In this document: piece after piece, positions 1-9,845 of the stretch
How positions within the stretch are numbered: position 1 is the first letter of the stretch
How the letters are laid out: every line of letters starts with the position of its first letter
Source of the DNA: Slackia heliotrinireducens
Lineage (GTDB): Bacteria; Actinomycetota; Aquicultoria; DYIV01
DNA length: 42,046 nucleotides
Assembly: GCA_020723435.1 (NCBI GenBank)
Contig: DYIV01000006.1
Span: 2,329 to 44,374 of the forward strand
Direction of reading: 5' to 3'
Translations under genes and position numbers: made by a program
Notes under the pieces: generated by a model
Told to the model about the DNA's origin: nothing
Databases searched by the model: none
The model's input: only the letters and a program-made list of their open reading frames with translations

Positions 1-213
1 GGTTTCGAGATATCGATCAAGCAGCTCGTGGAGAAGATCGTGCAGCTCACGGGCTTCAAGGGCCAGATCCTCTGGGACGCCTCCAAGCCCGGCGGCCAGC
101 CCAGGCGCATGCTCGATACCTCCCGCGCCCGGCGGGAATTCGAGTTTGAGGCAAAGGTGCCGCTCGATGAGGGCCTGCGCCGCACAATCGAGTGGTTTGA
201 AGAGTCTCGCTAG
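1..213 (+). CDS. fcl: GDP-L-fucose synthase-like NAD-dependent epimerase, 3' fragment
   Basis: Frame open from base 1. C-terminus [42 protein letters not shown] is typical of Fcl/WcaG. Confidence 0.75.
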   Translation, partial: GFEISIKQLVEKIVQLTGFKGQILWDASKPGGQPRRMLDTSRARREFEFEAKVPLDEGLRRTIEWFEESR

Positions 214-356
214 TCCTACCGCACTAGGGCCGCAGTATGAACCTGGGCGAATCCCGACCAATGGCGGCGGTGAGCTGTCGGCCCCGGTACCTCGTATGAT
301 AGAATAACCTGTACTTCTTCCGCGCCCGGAAGTGGCGCGAGAAGGAAAGGACGCAA

Positions 357-2069
357 GTGGAGCTGCAGGACTACCTCAAGATAGTCAAGCGCCGCAAGTG
401 GGTCATCATCGAGGCATTCGTGGTGGTTCTGGTTGCGGCTGTCGTCGCATCCCTCTTCCAGACGCGCATCTATGAGTCGACCGCGACTCTGCTCGTGCGC
501 GAGCGCGATCTTGGCTCGACGCTCTTCGGCCAGATCATGCCGGAGTTGTCGATGCAGCCGGAACGCTCGCTCCAGACCCAGCTCGACCTGGTGAAGCTTC
601 GTCCGATCGCCGAGACGACGATCGAAGAGCTCAACCTCAAGATCACGCCCGATCAGCTTCTGCAGAAGGTCACCGTCGACGCTCGCCCGCAGAGCAACCT
701 TCTGACCATCAGCGTCCAAGATCCAGACCCCAAGGTCTCGCAGCGGCTCGCCAATACGCTCGCCGAGCAGTACATCGTCTGGCAGCGCGCCCTCAACACG
801 CAAGACATCGTCGCCGCGCGCGACGAGGTCAAGTCGAAGATGGCCGACACGGAGAAGAACCTCGTCGGAATCGCCAAGCGAATCGGCAAGGCGGGCGGGA
901 CGAGTCAGATGCCGGAGGACCTGCGAGCCCAGTGGGGCATGGCGACGCAGCTGTATTCGATGCTAGCTGAGAAGTACGAGCAGCTGCGAATCCTCTCCGC
1001 GACGAACAGCGGGGGCAGCGTCTTGGTGGCCCCGGCGATTCAGACTGATAGCCCGGTGAAGCCTAATATCCCGAGGAACGGGGCGCTGGGCGCCATCCTC
1101 GGTCTCGCTCTGGGCATTGGCTTCGCGTTCGTCTTCGAGCATCTCGACGACACGATCAAGTCGAAGGCCGACGTCGAGGAGGTCCTCGGCCTGCCGGTCA
1201 TGGGCCAAATCCCGGTCAACAAGACGGCGATCTCCAGCGGGGTGCGAGAGATCGTGGTCAACACAGATCGTTTCTCCGCGCCGGCGGAGGCCTTCCGTAT
1301 CTTGCGAAGCAATCTTCACTACTCGGGTGTCGACAACGCGCTGCGCACCTTCGCGATCACCAGCCCCGGGCCGGAAGAGGGCAAGACGACGGTCACGGCA
1401 AATCTCGCCGCGGCCTTTGCGACCGCCGGCAAGCGGACCCGCGTCCTCTGCTGCGACCTGCGCAAGCCGGTCGGCCATGACATCTTTCACGTGCCGGACC
1501 GCGAGGGCCTGACCGACGTGCTCTGCGACAATGTCCCGCTGGCGGACGTCATTCGCATCGAAAGAGCGAGCGGCGTTCAGGTCGTCACGAGCGGGCCGAT
1601 TCCACCCGATCCATCCGAGCTGCTTGGCTCGAAACGCATGCAGGAAGTGTTGCAGGAGGCGGGCGAGGATATCGACGTTCTACTGCTGGACACTCCGCCG
1701 ATCGGCGGTGTCAGCGACACGCTCGAGCTGGCGTCGAAGGTCGATGGCGTACTGCTGGTCGTCAACGCCAACACGACCCCGCGTGAGGCGGCAAGGCGTG
1801 CGCTGGAGACGCTCAGAGGCGTCGACGCGAACGTGATCGGTGTGGTTCTCAACGGCGTCGAGCTCGGTGGGACGTACGGCTACGGCTACGGATACTACGG
1901 CTACCGCCATTCTGATACCCCGGCGGCGGGGACGGCCGCCAGGGATACGACGGCTGCTGCGGGGCCGGATGCCGCCGCGGAGGCCTCGGTGGTTGCGGAG
2001 CCGGGCGGTAACGGAGAGGGCGCCTCGAGCGAAGAGCAGGCCGTCGAGAAGCAGGCGCCTCTCACCTAG
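357..2069 (+). CDS. Polysaccharide biosynthesis tyrosine autokinase (Wzz-like N-terminus fused to CpsD/CapB kinase)
   Basis: Two TM segments around an extracellular coiled coil, Walker A GPEEGKTT, LLLDTPP and C-terminal Tyr cluster GTYGYGYGYYGY. SD-like GGAAAGGA before GTG. Confidence 0.9.
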   Translation: MELQDYLKIVKRRKWVIIEAFVVVLVAAVVASLFQTRIYESTATLLVRERDLGSTLFGQIMPELSMQPERSLQTQLDLVKLRPIAETTIEELNLKITPDQLLQKVTVDARPQSNLLTISVQDPDPKVSQRLANTLAEQYIVWQRALNTQDIVAARDEVKSKMADTEKNLVGIAKRIGKAGGTSQMPEDLRAQWGMATQLYSMLAEKYEQLRILSATNSGGSVLVAPAIQTDSPVKPNIPRNGALGAILGLALGIGFAFVFEHLDDTIKSKADVEEVLGLPVMGQIPVNKTAISSGVREIVVNTDRFSAPAEAFRILRSNLHYSGVDNALRTFAITSPGPEEGKTTVTANLAAAFATAGKRTRVLCCDLRKPVGHDIFHVPDREGLTDVLCDNVPLADVIRIERASGVQVVTSGPIPPDPSELLGSKRMQEVLQEAGEDIDVLLLDTPPIGGVSDTLELASKVDGVLLVVNANTTPREAARRALETLRGVDANVIGVVLNGVELGGTYGYGYGYYGYRHSDTPAAGTAARDTTAAAGPDAAAEASVVAEPGGNGEGASSEEQAVEKQAPLT

Positions 2070-2130
2070 AGCGATCTTCCGCGGACTGCGAGCGTTCGGT
2101 GTGAACTTCAGGGCACAGACAGGAGGCGGC

Positions 2131-2715
2131 ATGGCCATGACCAAGGAGCAGCAGATACGGCTTCTGCAAATCGGCCTGCCCGCGCTCTGCGTACTGCTGG
2201 CTGTTCTACTGTTCGCCCCCATCTTTCCAGCAACCGGAGCAGGCCATGGTCGCATGGGCGGCGCGGCGGCAATCTACGGTTTCTTCGGCGGAGACCGCCA
2301 AGGCTGGGACAGTGAGGGATACCTGTCGGATCTGGTTACTCTTCCGGGCGCCGGTGAGCTGAAGCCGGGCGCCACGATAAGGGGAGCCGGCGCCCAGTCG
2401 CTGTGGGCCGCCGTTGCCCAGCAGATGAAGAAAGCCTCCGCCAAGGGTGGCAAGGACGCCAACGGCGAGGCCGTCGGTGGCGGTGGCGCAGCCGACGATC
2501 AGTCGCCCGGCGGCGAGTCCGGTTCGGGCGGAGGCGGCTCCGGCGCAGGCGGAGGATACACGGCCGCCGACGTCGTCAGCTACACGATCACGAGCGTAGT
2601 CAAGCACAGTTCGACGAGCGCCACGGTATATGGTACGGCGACGATGCGCGACGGAAACGTCGTCTCCGGGTCCGTTCACTGCGTGAAGGTCAACGGCCAG
2701 TGGCAGGTCGGCTGA
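2131..2715 (+). CDS. Hypothetical membrane-anchored/exported protein with Gly-rich linker
   Basis: AGGAGG at 2121 before ATG 2131. N-terminal hydrophobic helix, Gly-rich linker, small beta-rich C-terminal domain. Confidence 0.6.
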   Translation: MAMTKEQQIRLLQIGLPALCVLLAVLLFAPIFPATGAGHGRMGGAAAIYGFFGGDRQGWDSEGYLSDLVTLPGAGELKPGATIRGAGAQSLWAAVAQQMKKASAKGGKDANGEAVGGGGAADDQSPGGESGSGGGGSGAGGGYTAADVVSYTITSVVKHSSTSATVYGTATMRDGNVVSGSVHCVKVNGQWQVG

Positions 2716-2734
2716 TAGACGAGGTTTGCAGCGC

Positions 2735-4594
2735 ATGTTGGCTAGAGTCAGAGCAGCATTCATCGCAGTAACGCTTCTGGTGTGCTCGGCACTTGCGCTC
2801 CCCCAGGTCGCCTCGGCGGCAATCCCCGACATCGTCAACGACCCTCTGATCCGCGCGATGTTCCCCATCAACGAGCTGCGCGACATCACCGGCTACAACG
2901 GTCCCAGGACGTACCTATTCATCGGACAGAACTCCTACGAGCTGCGAACGACCGGCGGGTTCATCTCGCGTGTGGGGCTCGTGAAATTCGAGAACGGCAA
3001 CGTCCAATTCACGTGGCTGAAGTACACCTACGATCTCGACCATGAGTATGGCGACTACTTGGCACTCCATCCCGAACAGGGAGAGCTGCCGCCCTACCCG
3101 CTCGGTGTCCTCGGCACAGGCTTCTGGTATTTGCGCGACAGGAACTGGTATCCCGACTTCAAGGTGTCGGCACAAGACATGCAGACGCTCTTCTCCAAGG
3201 AAGCAACGGCCTGGAACGCAAGTGCGCCCGCGACCGAGACCATCCCGCTCAACCCGCCCTACTCCGTCGACGGTGTCATCGCCGTCGACGAAAGCGTCGG
3301 CTCCTACATCCTCGGCGCCACCGGACCGGTCACACTCGACGATCCCGGCGAGCCCTACGACGGCGCGATCCTCAACGCCGACAACTTCGGCCTCTACTGC
3401 CAGTGGTACGAGACGTCCGGCTTGGAGACGGGTGGCGGGCGCAAGTTCTTCCAGGCCGTCTCCGACGCGCTGCGCAACAAGATGGACAGTGCCGGTTCCG
3501 GCACGCAGTCAGCCATCGCCATGGCCTTCATCCGAGCACTGGCCGACCACCACATCCAGATGTACTCAAACAAGGCCGCCAACCAGGCCGCTCTGGAGAA
3601 GCTCGATTGGGCGGGGCGCGCGCTGCCCCTGGCCGGCGACTTCCTGCACATCAGCGATACCAACATCGGCGGCGTCGGCGGCAAGGGCAACAAGGTCAAC
3701 ATGTACATCCGCCGCTCGATCACCAAGGGCGTCACCCTGTACGGGAAGAACGGCTCGTCCAACGAGGCGAGCATGACCTACTACAACGCCGGCCTGCCGG
3801 GTTACTTCAACTACTTCACTGATCCGAATACCAACCCTCCCCTTGAGCCGGACTACTCGCGGCTGGAGGGCGCCTACTACCGTGGCTACACTCGCGCCTT
3901 CGTGCCCTCCAACGCGGAGCTCGACAGGGACCGATGTGTCTATGACCCAAACGGCTTCCTGCGCAACATCCTGGAGGGCTCGATGAGCCGCCGATGGTTC
4001 GGTTCGTGGAGTGGGTTCACCGGCGGAGGCCTGGCGCCGGGACAGACCCAGACGATCAGCTACCGCTACACCCTGCCGAGCGCGCTGCTGTCGGTATCCA
4101 ACGGCTACATCTACCGGCTCCAGGTGCAGAAGCAGGCCGGCACGAACGCCGATCAGTTCAGGCTCAACGTCTCGTCTCCGTACCTGTTCGTCAAAGGTGT
4201 CACCGGCGTCAGTCCCAACTACACCAATTGGCACTATGTGCGATACCTTGGCGATCTCCAGTACGACAAGCTTATCCAGGTCGTGCTGACCCCGGTCTAT
4301 CTGTCCAGGCCGGCGGCGACCGTGCGGGCGGGAAGGTACGCTTCGTTCCGTGGCTACATGTCGCCCTATCACGCGCGCTCCCCGGCGTACTTCGAGGTCT
4401 ACCGCAGGATCGGGCGCCGCTACGTGCGCGTCGCGGTCTTGAGGGCCTATGGGCTGAGCTACAACGCCTACAATCGCCGGCTGGCGGTGCGCTACCGCGT
4501 GCCGGCGCGAGGCTACTACAAGGTCCGGCTGCGCGCGCCCGGCAAGTATCGCGGCTCGTTCGTAACCGGCTACTACGCCTTCACCGCCCGGTAA
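2735..4594 (+). CDS. Secreted DUF4012-domain protein with Arg/Tyr-rich C-terminal domain
   Basis: Signal peptide ending ASA. QNSYELRTTGGFI, NWYPDF, VDGVIAVD and QKQAGT motifs match DUF4012, which is often found beside polysaccharide loci. Confidence 0.75.
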   Translation: MLARVRAAFIAVTLLVCSALALPQVASAAIPDIVNDPLIRAMFPINELRDITGYNGPRTYLFIGQNSYELRTTGGFISRVGLVKFENGNVQFTWLKYTYDLDHEYGDYLALHPEQGELPPYPLGVLGTGFWYLRDRNWYPDFKVSAQDMQTLFSKEATAWNASAPATETIPLNPPYSVDGVIAVDESVGSYILGATGPVTLDDPGEPYDGAILNADNFGLYCQWYETSGLETGGGRKFFQAVSDALRNKMDSAGSGTQSAIAMAFIRALADHHIQMYSNKAANQAALEKLDWAGRALPLAGDFLHISDTNIGGVGGKGNKVNMYIRRSITKGVTLYGKNGSSNEASMTYYNAGLPGYFNYFTDPNTNPPLEPDYSRLEGAYYRGYTRAFVPSNAELDRDRCVYDPNGFLRNILEGSMSRRWFGSWSGFTGGGLAPGQTQTISYRYTLPSALLSVSNGYIYRLQVQKQAGTNADQFRLNVSSPYLFVKGVTGVSPNYTNWHYVRYLGDLQYDKLIQVVLTPVYLSRPAATVRAGRYASFRGYMSPYHARSPAYFEVYRRIGRRYVRVAVLRAYGLSYNAYNRRLAVRYRVPARGYYKVRLRAPGKYRGSFVTGYYAFTAR

Positions 4595-4596
4595 CG

Positions 4597-4650
4597 TCCC
4601 CGGCGCGTTTCGCCACCGCCTCTTCCCCGGCGCATTCCGCCATCGCCTCT
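4597..4650. repeat. 27-bp tandem repeat, 2 copies (24/27 identical)
   Basis: tccccggcgcgtttcgccaccgcctct / tccccggcgcattccgccatcgcctct. Confidence 0.8.
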
Positions 4651-4791
4651 TCCATCGCACAATCGTCGTACAGATATCGCCGCGTACACCGATAACCTAG
4701 AGTGTGCCGCGCACATCGCGGCAGTGTGTCGTTGGGCTGCGAGTGCGCGGAGTGCTTGGAGTCGAACGAACGCGTGATGGAAAGGCCGCTC

Positions 4792-5694
4792 ATGCTCTAC
4801 GAACAGCGCAGGAGGAACCTATGGTTCTCGCGCCTCGTCGGTGTCGGATTCATCGCCGCGGTGGTCTTCATCCTATTCGCCGTCGTCACACTGGTCTTCG
4901 GCGGGGACGCTTTCTGGTTTGCCCTCTCGCTCGGCGTCCTCCTGGCCGTTATCGTCATAGGCTATTTGAAGACCGACCGATGGATACTGAGAAGATTCTT
5001 GCGCGAGACCGTGATGCCGCCGCGCAAGGTGCGCGATGCCCTCGAGGAGATGGCGATTGCAGCCGGCATACCGACACCGATCATCTACGTCATCGAGACG
5101 AGGACTCTCAACGCCTTCGCGCTGGGCAGAGAGCCGGCCTTTGGGGTTGTCGTCGTCACGAAGGGCCTCGTCGACACGCTTGACCAGGACGAGCTTCGGG
5201 CCGTCCTTGCCCATGAGATTGCGCACATACTCAACGGGGACAGTATGGCCGGTGGGCTCATGGCAATGATGGCCTACGCGGCCAACAGGATTCCGGCGAT
5301 CAGTATCCCGTTTCTGCGCCTGGCCGGCGTGGCCGCCGGGGCCGGTCAGTACACCGTTCTTCTGCCGGTTCTGGTGATCGTGGCGGTCTGCTGGATGCTT
5401 CCGCCGCTGGTGCGCCTCTCACAGATCCTCTTCGGTCGCAGCCGGGAGCTGCTCGCCGACAACACCGCGGTCCTGTTGACACGCGATCCGGAGGCCTTGA
5501 TCAGGGCGCTCGACAAGGTCGAGCGATACTCCAGCGTTGTGCTCAAGGCGGGTCTTTCCACATCGCACCTGTTTATCACCTCTCCGAGACCGTGGTGGAA
5601 CTCCGATCTGATCTCCACGCACCCGCCCATGGCCAAGCGCATCGAGCGCATTCGTCATACGACCGCCGTGCCGATCGCCGCGGACGTCATCTAG
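4792..5694 (+). CDS. M48 family (HtpX-like) zinc metalloprotease
   Basis: NAFA, AVLAHEIAH, RELLAD and STHPP motifs plus TM helices. Start chosen at MLYEQ, as in HtpX N-termini. Confidence 0.85.
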   Translation: MLYEQRRRNLWFSRLVGVGFIAAVVFILFAVVTLVFGGDAFWFALSLGVLLAVIVIGYLKTDRWILRRFLRETVMPPRKVRDALEEMAIAAGIPTPIIYVIETRTLNAFALGREPAFGVVVVTKGLVDTLDQDELRAVLAHEIAHILNGDSMAGGLMAMMAYAANRIPAISIPFLRLAGVAAGAGQYTVLLPVLVIVAVCWMLPPLVRLSQILFGRSRELLADNTAVLLTRDPEALIRALDKVERYSSVVLKAGLSTSHLFITSPRPWWNSDLISTHPPMAKRIERIRHTTAVPIAADVI

Positions 5695-5789
5695 CTCGCC
5701 GCCGCTGCTCGTCCAGCGCCGCCGCTCGCAGTCGCGCCACTCCTCCCCGTCGCGCCACCGCTCGCCCGCGCCGCTGAGCAGCCGATAGG

Positions 5790-5806
5790 TTGGCACTGTT
5801 GTTGCT
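5790..5806 (+). promoter_or_regulatory. Sigma54-type -24/-12 promoter
   Basis: TTGGCACTGTTGTTGCT, a near-consensus TGGCAC-N5-TTGCW with GG-N10-GC, intergenic and ahead of an operon. Confidence 0.65.
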
Positions 5807-5902
5807 CCTGTCTCTCGAAGGGTGGGTGGCTGCTACGCGCAGCTCATCGGCAACACAGCAGCCACCACCTCTGCATTGCCGGATGACAGGGGCGAGGCGC
5901 AA

Positions 5903-7282
5903 GTGAGAGTTCGAGCAATCCGGGCGGGCCGCGAAAGGGCACTCACAACAACGTCCTCAAGGGCGCTCATTCTCCTAGGTCTTTCCGTGGTGCTGCTCGT
6001 GCCGGCGTGGGCAAGGCCCGCGAGCTCCGAGCCGGCAACGACCGGCTCGGCCGCAATGCGGCCGGCGCGCGCACAGTCGGCCGTAACGGACGCCGACAGG
6101 GCCCGGTCGAAGGTCGCGTTCACGCACATGCGACTCTCCATCTGGCCGGAATACGACGACCCGCGCGTGCTCGTCATCATGGAACCCGTCCTAGACGATT
6201 CGGTCAGACTACCCACGAAGGTCTCCTTCCTCGTTCCCAGGGGCGCCAGCGTCAGCATGGCCTGCGAGGTGGCGCCGGGCGGCGCGCACAGCTGCCGTCC
6301 TAAGGAAATCACGCGCCGCGGCGCCTGGGATGAGATCGGCTACATGGTCCTCACAGAGCGGAGACTGTTTCTCGAGTATCACTACGATCCCGACCTCGGT
6401 TCGCCAAACAGGCGACTCGATTTCAACTACTTGTCCACCGCCGTGATTGGACGTCTCGACGTCGAGGTCCAGCAACCTGTCGGCGCGACCGGATTCACGA
6501 TGACCCCGCGGCCGCAGGCTACGGTGAAGACCCCCGGCGGATTCGTGTATCACCAGTATGGGTTCGGCGAGGTTCGCCCGGGCAAGGCGGTGTCTGTGGC
6601 GATCGGCTACGCGAAGGCCGATCGGGAGGCCGCGGCTCCTGCCACGGCGGCTGGTCGCGCGGTCGGGGAGCCTCGCGCCGCGGAGCAGCCTCGGGCGACT
6701 TCCGGGACCGGAAGGGGTTTGGACGTCGCCGTCGGGTTGTTCGGTCTCGCGGGCCTCATCGGCGCCGTCGCGTACCTGTTGCTCTTGGGAGCCACGACCG
6801 CGCCCGAGGCACCCGACAAGACGCCGGAGGGGAAGCGGGTGTCAGGGCCGGGAGCTCACGCAGGCAGTGCGCCGGGGGCAGGAGCCGAAGCGAGCGGTAG
6901 GGCGGCGGCCGAAGCGGGATCCAAGGCGGGCAACGGGGCAGGGAATGAAGTGGGGGCCGGGGATGGCGAGGGGGCTCGTGAGGGGGCTGGCGAGAGAGTC
7001 GGCGATGGAGCTGGCGAGGGAGCGGTCCTATGCAGCAACTGCGGTGCCGGACTTGGGCTGGCCGATACCGAGTGTCCTCGTTGCGGCATGTCACAAGAAT
7101 TGGTCTGTGTCAGATGTGGCGCCCGGTGCGGGCGCGACAACGAGTTCTGCCCCGAGTGTGGCGCGGAACTTGCTATCCTGGCCAGACAGCGGAACATCAC
7201 GTTGGTTGACGCCAACGACCTGGCGGAAAGGATGAGAGCGCATGGCGAAGGCGGAGAAGAAGCCGGTCGGGAAGAAGGGTAA
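5903..7282 (+). CDS. Membrane protein with extracellular domain and C-terminal double zinc ribbon
   Basis: Signal/TM segment, SIWPEYDDPRVLVI domain, second TM, GEGA-rich linker, four CxxC pairs (CSNC, CPRC, CVRC, CPEC). Start uncertain. Confidence 0.7.
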   Translation: MRVRAIRAGRERALTTTSSRALILLGLSVVLLVPAWARPASSEPATTGSAAMRPARAQSAVTDADRARSKVAFTHMRLSIWPEYDDPRVLVIMEPVLDDSVRLPTKVSFLVPRGASVSMACEVAPGGAHSCRPKEITRRGAWDEIGYMVLTERRLFLEYHYDPDLGSPNRRLDFNYLSTAVIGRLDVEVQQPVGATGFTMTPRPQATVKTPGGFVYHQYGFGEVRPGKAVSVAIGYAKADREAAAPATAAGRAVGEPRAAEQPRATSGTGRGLDVAVGLFGLAGLIGAVAYLLLLGATTAPEAPDKTPEGKRVSGPGAHAGSAPGAGAEASGRAAAEAGSKAGNGAGNEVGAGDGEGAREGAGERVGDGAGEGAVLCSNCGAGLGLADTECPRCGMSQELVCVRCGARCGRDNEFCPECGAELAILARQRNITLVDANDLAERMRAHGEGGEEAGREEG

Positions 7283-7874
7283 GAAGCGGCCGAACGGTCT
7301 GCGAGAACGGAAGCGGGAGGAGTTCGAGCGAGAGGGCGCCGGGTCGCCTGCCCGGTCGTGGATGATCGCGGCGGCAATCGGATTCTCGCTCATGGCGATT
7401 GTGGGATTCGCAATGGTCAGGGCCGGCTCGCAGTCCGAGCCGGAGCGCGCGGCCGTCACGGGATCCCAAGACTATACGGCCTCGGGCAACGTCGAGATGA
7501 CCGACGTCAAGGCGAAGGTCGCCGGAGGCAAGGTGGTCTTCCCACTGCCCGTGCTCAAGGAGAAGAAGCTGCTCTACTTCAAATACCAGAAGGACGGCGT
7601 CGACGTTCCATTGATGGCCATGCTCACGCCCTCCGGTCGCGTCTTCACGGGCAGCTCGATGTGCGAGCCGTGCCGGTCTGATAGATTTCACACCGAGCCC
7701 GACGGAACGCTGACCTGCAATGCGTGCGGGACGAAGTGGGACCTCGAGACGCTCAAGGGTATCTCGGGTGGGTGCCCGAACTATCCGCCACAGGAGATGA
7801 AGAACGAAGTCCGCGGCGGGCAGATCGTGCTCAAGGAAGGCGACGTTCGCGGATGGCAGCCCAGACCCGTGTAG
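7242..7874 (+). CDS. DUF2318-like (predicted Fe-S) membrane-anchored protein
   Basis: One TM helix, then CEPC..LTCNACGTKW..GISGGC Cys pattern; lies directly before a MacB-type ABC transporter. Confidence 0.75.
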   Translation: MAKAEKKPVGKKGKKRPNGLRERKREEFEREGAGSPARSWMIAAAIGFSLMAIVGFAMVRAGSQSEPERAAVTGSQDYTASGNVEMTDVKAKVAGGKVVFPLPVLKEKKLLYFKYQKDGVDVPLMAMLTPSGRVFTGSSMCEPCRSDRFHTEPDGTLTCNACGTKWDLETLKGISGGCPNYPPQEMKNEVRGGQIVLKEGDVRGWQPRPV

Positions 7875-7884
7875 GGAATCGGGG

Positions 7885-9039
7885 ATGAGAATCCTAGCGA
7901 TCGCTCTCAACAACCTTAGACGACGCAAGGGCCGGACGCTCTTCCAGGCGCTCGGCCTTCTCATCGGCATTGCCGCGGTGGTGACGCTCGTCGCGGTCAC
8001 GACGGCGATGCGCGCCGACCTTGAGAAGAAGATCGACGAGTTCGGATCCAACCTCGTCATCGTCCCCAAGGCAAACGACCTTTCGCTGTCCTACGGCGGC
8101 ATCACCCTTCCCAACACGGCGGGCGCGAAGTACCTGCGAGAGAAGGATGCCGCGCTCATCCGCACCATCCCTGACGGCGAGAGCATCAACGTCGTGGCGC
8201 CCAAGCTGCTCGCTCCAGTAGAGGCCGACGCCAGACGTCTGCTCATGGTGGGAGTCTTGTTCCCGGAGGAGCTCAGGGCCAAGAAATGGTGGCGCCTGCG
8301 CGGCACGAAGCCGACGGCGCCGGATCAGGTGATCGTCGGCGCCAACGCCGGCTCGAAGCTCGGCGTGCGCCCCGGGAGCCCGATTGAAGTCAACGGCGAG
8401 AAGTTCCAGGTGGCGGCGCTGCTGCGCCCAACCGGATCGAGTGAGGACGATCTGATCTTCGCCGACCTGCACAGGACTCAGAACTTGCTCGGCGTGCCCG
8501 GCAAGGTGAGCATGATCGAGGTCTCCGCGTGGTGCTCGAGCTGTCCGATCGAGAGGATTGTCGCCCAGACCGCGTATGTTCTGCCCAGCGCCAAGGTGAC
8601 GGCGGTCAAGCAGGCGGCTGCGGCGCGCAAGACGACCGTCGACCTGGTCACGAAGTTCTCACTCGGCATCGCCGGCGCCGTGCTTGCCGTGGGGGCGCTG
8701 ATCGTCTTCACGACGATGATGGCATCGGTCAGCGAGCGTACGCGGGAGATCGGCGTCTTCAGGGCGATCGGTTTTCGCAAGAGGCACGTGATGAAGATAT
8801 TCTTCTTTGAGATACTCCTGCTGAGCCTGCTGGCAGGAGCCGCGGGTTTTGTTGTGGGCACGGGAGGGGCGCAGCTACTGGCGCCGCGCCTGGCGGGTGC
8901 GGCGGTCTCCGTCAGATGGGATCCGCTCGTCGCCGCGGGGGCGATTGTCCTGGCGCTCGTCATCGGCTTCGGGGCAAGTTGGTACCCGGCGCGTCGCGCG
9001 TCACAGCTGGACCCGGTCGAGGCGCTGAGGAGTCTGTAG
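7885..9039 (+). CDS. FtsX/MacB-family ABC transporter permease
   Basis: NLRRRKGRT N-terminus, large extracellular loop, SVSERTREIGVFRAIG and LDPVEALR. Confidence 0.9.
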   Translation: MRILAIALNNLRRRKGRTLFQALGLLIGIAAVVTLVAVTTAMRADLEKKIDEFGSNLVIVPKANDLSLSYGGITLPNTAGAKYLREKDAALIRTIPDGESINVVAPKLLAPVEADARRLLMVGVLFPEELRAKKWWRLRGTKPTAPDQVIVGANAGSKLGVRPGSPIEVNGEKFQVAALLRPTGSSEDDLIFADLHRTQNLLGVPGKVSMIEVSAWCSSCPIERIVAQTAYVLPSAKVTAVKQAAAARKTTVDLVTKFSLGIAGAVLAVGALIVFTTMMASVSERTREIGVFRAIGFRKRHVMKIFFFEILLLSLLAGAAGFVVGTGGAQLLAPRLAGAAVSVRWDPLVAAGAIVLALVIGFGASWYPARRASQLDPVEALRSL

Positions 9040-9765
9040 ATGGTTGATGTCGAGGACAGAGTTGGCTCGCTGCTCGAGCTGGTTCACATAACAAAGACGT
9101 ATCAGGGCCCGGAGGGCGGCGTGTCGGCGCTCGACGACGTGTCGATCGCCATAGAGGAAGGGGATTTCGCCGCCGTGATGGGGCCGTCCGGATCGGGCAA
9201 ATCGACCCTGCTGACGATCCTCGGAGCCATGAATCCGCCGACCAGCGGCAAGATGTACGTCGACGGGATCGACGTCTACGGCCTTTCGGTAGAGCGGCTC
9301 GCCGATTTTCGCAAGCGCTATCTCGGCTTCGTCTTTCAGCAGCACCAACTCATCCCATACCTGACGGCTGCCGAGAACGTGATGCTGCCACTGGTGATCT
9401 GCGAGTGCGACGGCTCCAAACGGGCAATGGCCGAGCGTGCGCTGGAGCGTGTCGGTCTGGCCGGCATGGGCGGGCGGCTGCCCAATCAGCTCTCAGGCGG
9501 AGAACAGGGCAGGGTGGCGATCGCCCGGGCCGTCGTCAACGAGCCTGTCATCGTCCTGGCCGACGAGCCGACCGGCGCGCTCGATTCTCAGACCGGCGAG
9601 GAGATCATGGCGCTGTTCAAGCAGCTCAATGATGACGGTCACACGATCGTCATGGTCACGCACAATCACGAGAACGCCGCGCACGCCAAGCGCATCGTCT
9701 GCTTGAAGGACGGCAGGCTGCCCGAGGCCGAAGAGGCAAGCCCCGGCGCGTATTGCATCAAGTAG
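9040..9765 (+). CDS. ABC transporter ATP-binding protein (LolD/MacB type)
   Basis: GPSGSGKST, LSGGEQ, LADEPTGALD, MVTH. Confidence 0.92.
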   Translation: MVDVEDRVGSLLELVHITKTYQGPEGGVSALDDVSIAIEEGDFAAVMGPSGSGKSTLLTILGAMNPPTSGKMYVDGIDVYGLSVERLADFRKRYLGFVFQQHQLIPYLTAAENVMLPLVICECDGSKRAMAERALERVGLAGMGGRLPNQLSGGEQGRVAIARAVVNEPVIVLADEPTGALDSQTGEEIMALFKQLNDDGHTIVMVTHNHENAAHAKRIVCLKDGRLPEAEEASPGAYCIK

Positions 9766-9845
9766 CGGCCTGCTGGAGCCCGACAGCCTTCCTTTCTGGT
9801 ATCTTAGTGACTCGAATCAGCCATCCCGCAAGCAGGAGGATACCA

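Noticed and set aside
4597-4650. 27-bp repeats as a CRISPR array
   Set aside because: Only two abutting copies, no spacers and no cas genes.
6900-7025. GEGA-encoding repeats
   Set aside because: In-frame low-complexity linker, not an independent element.
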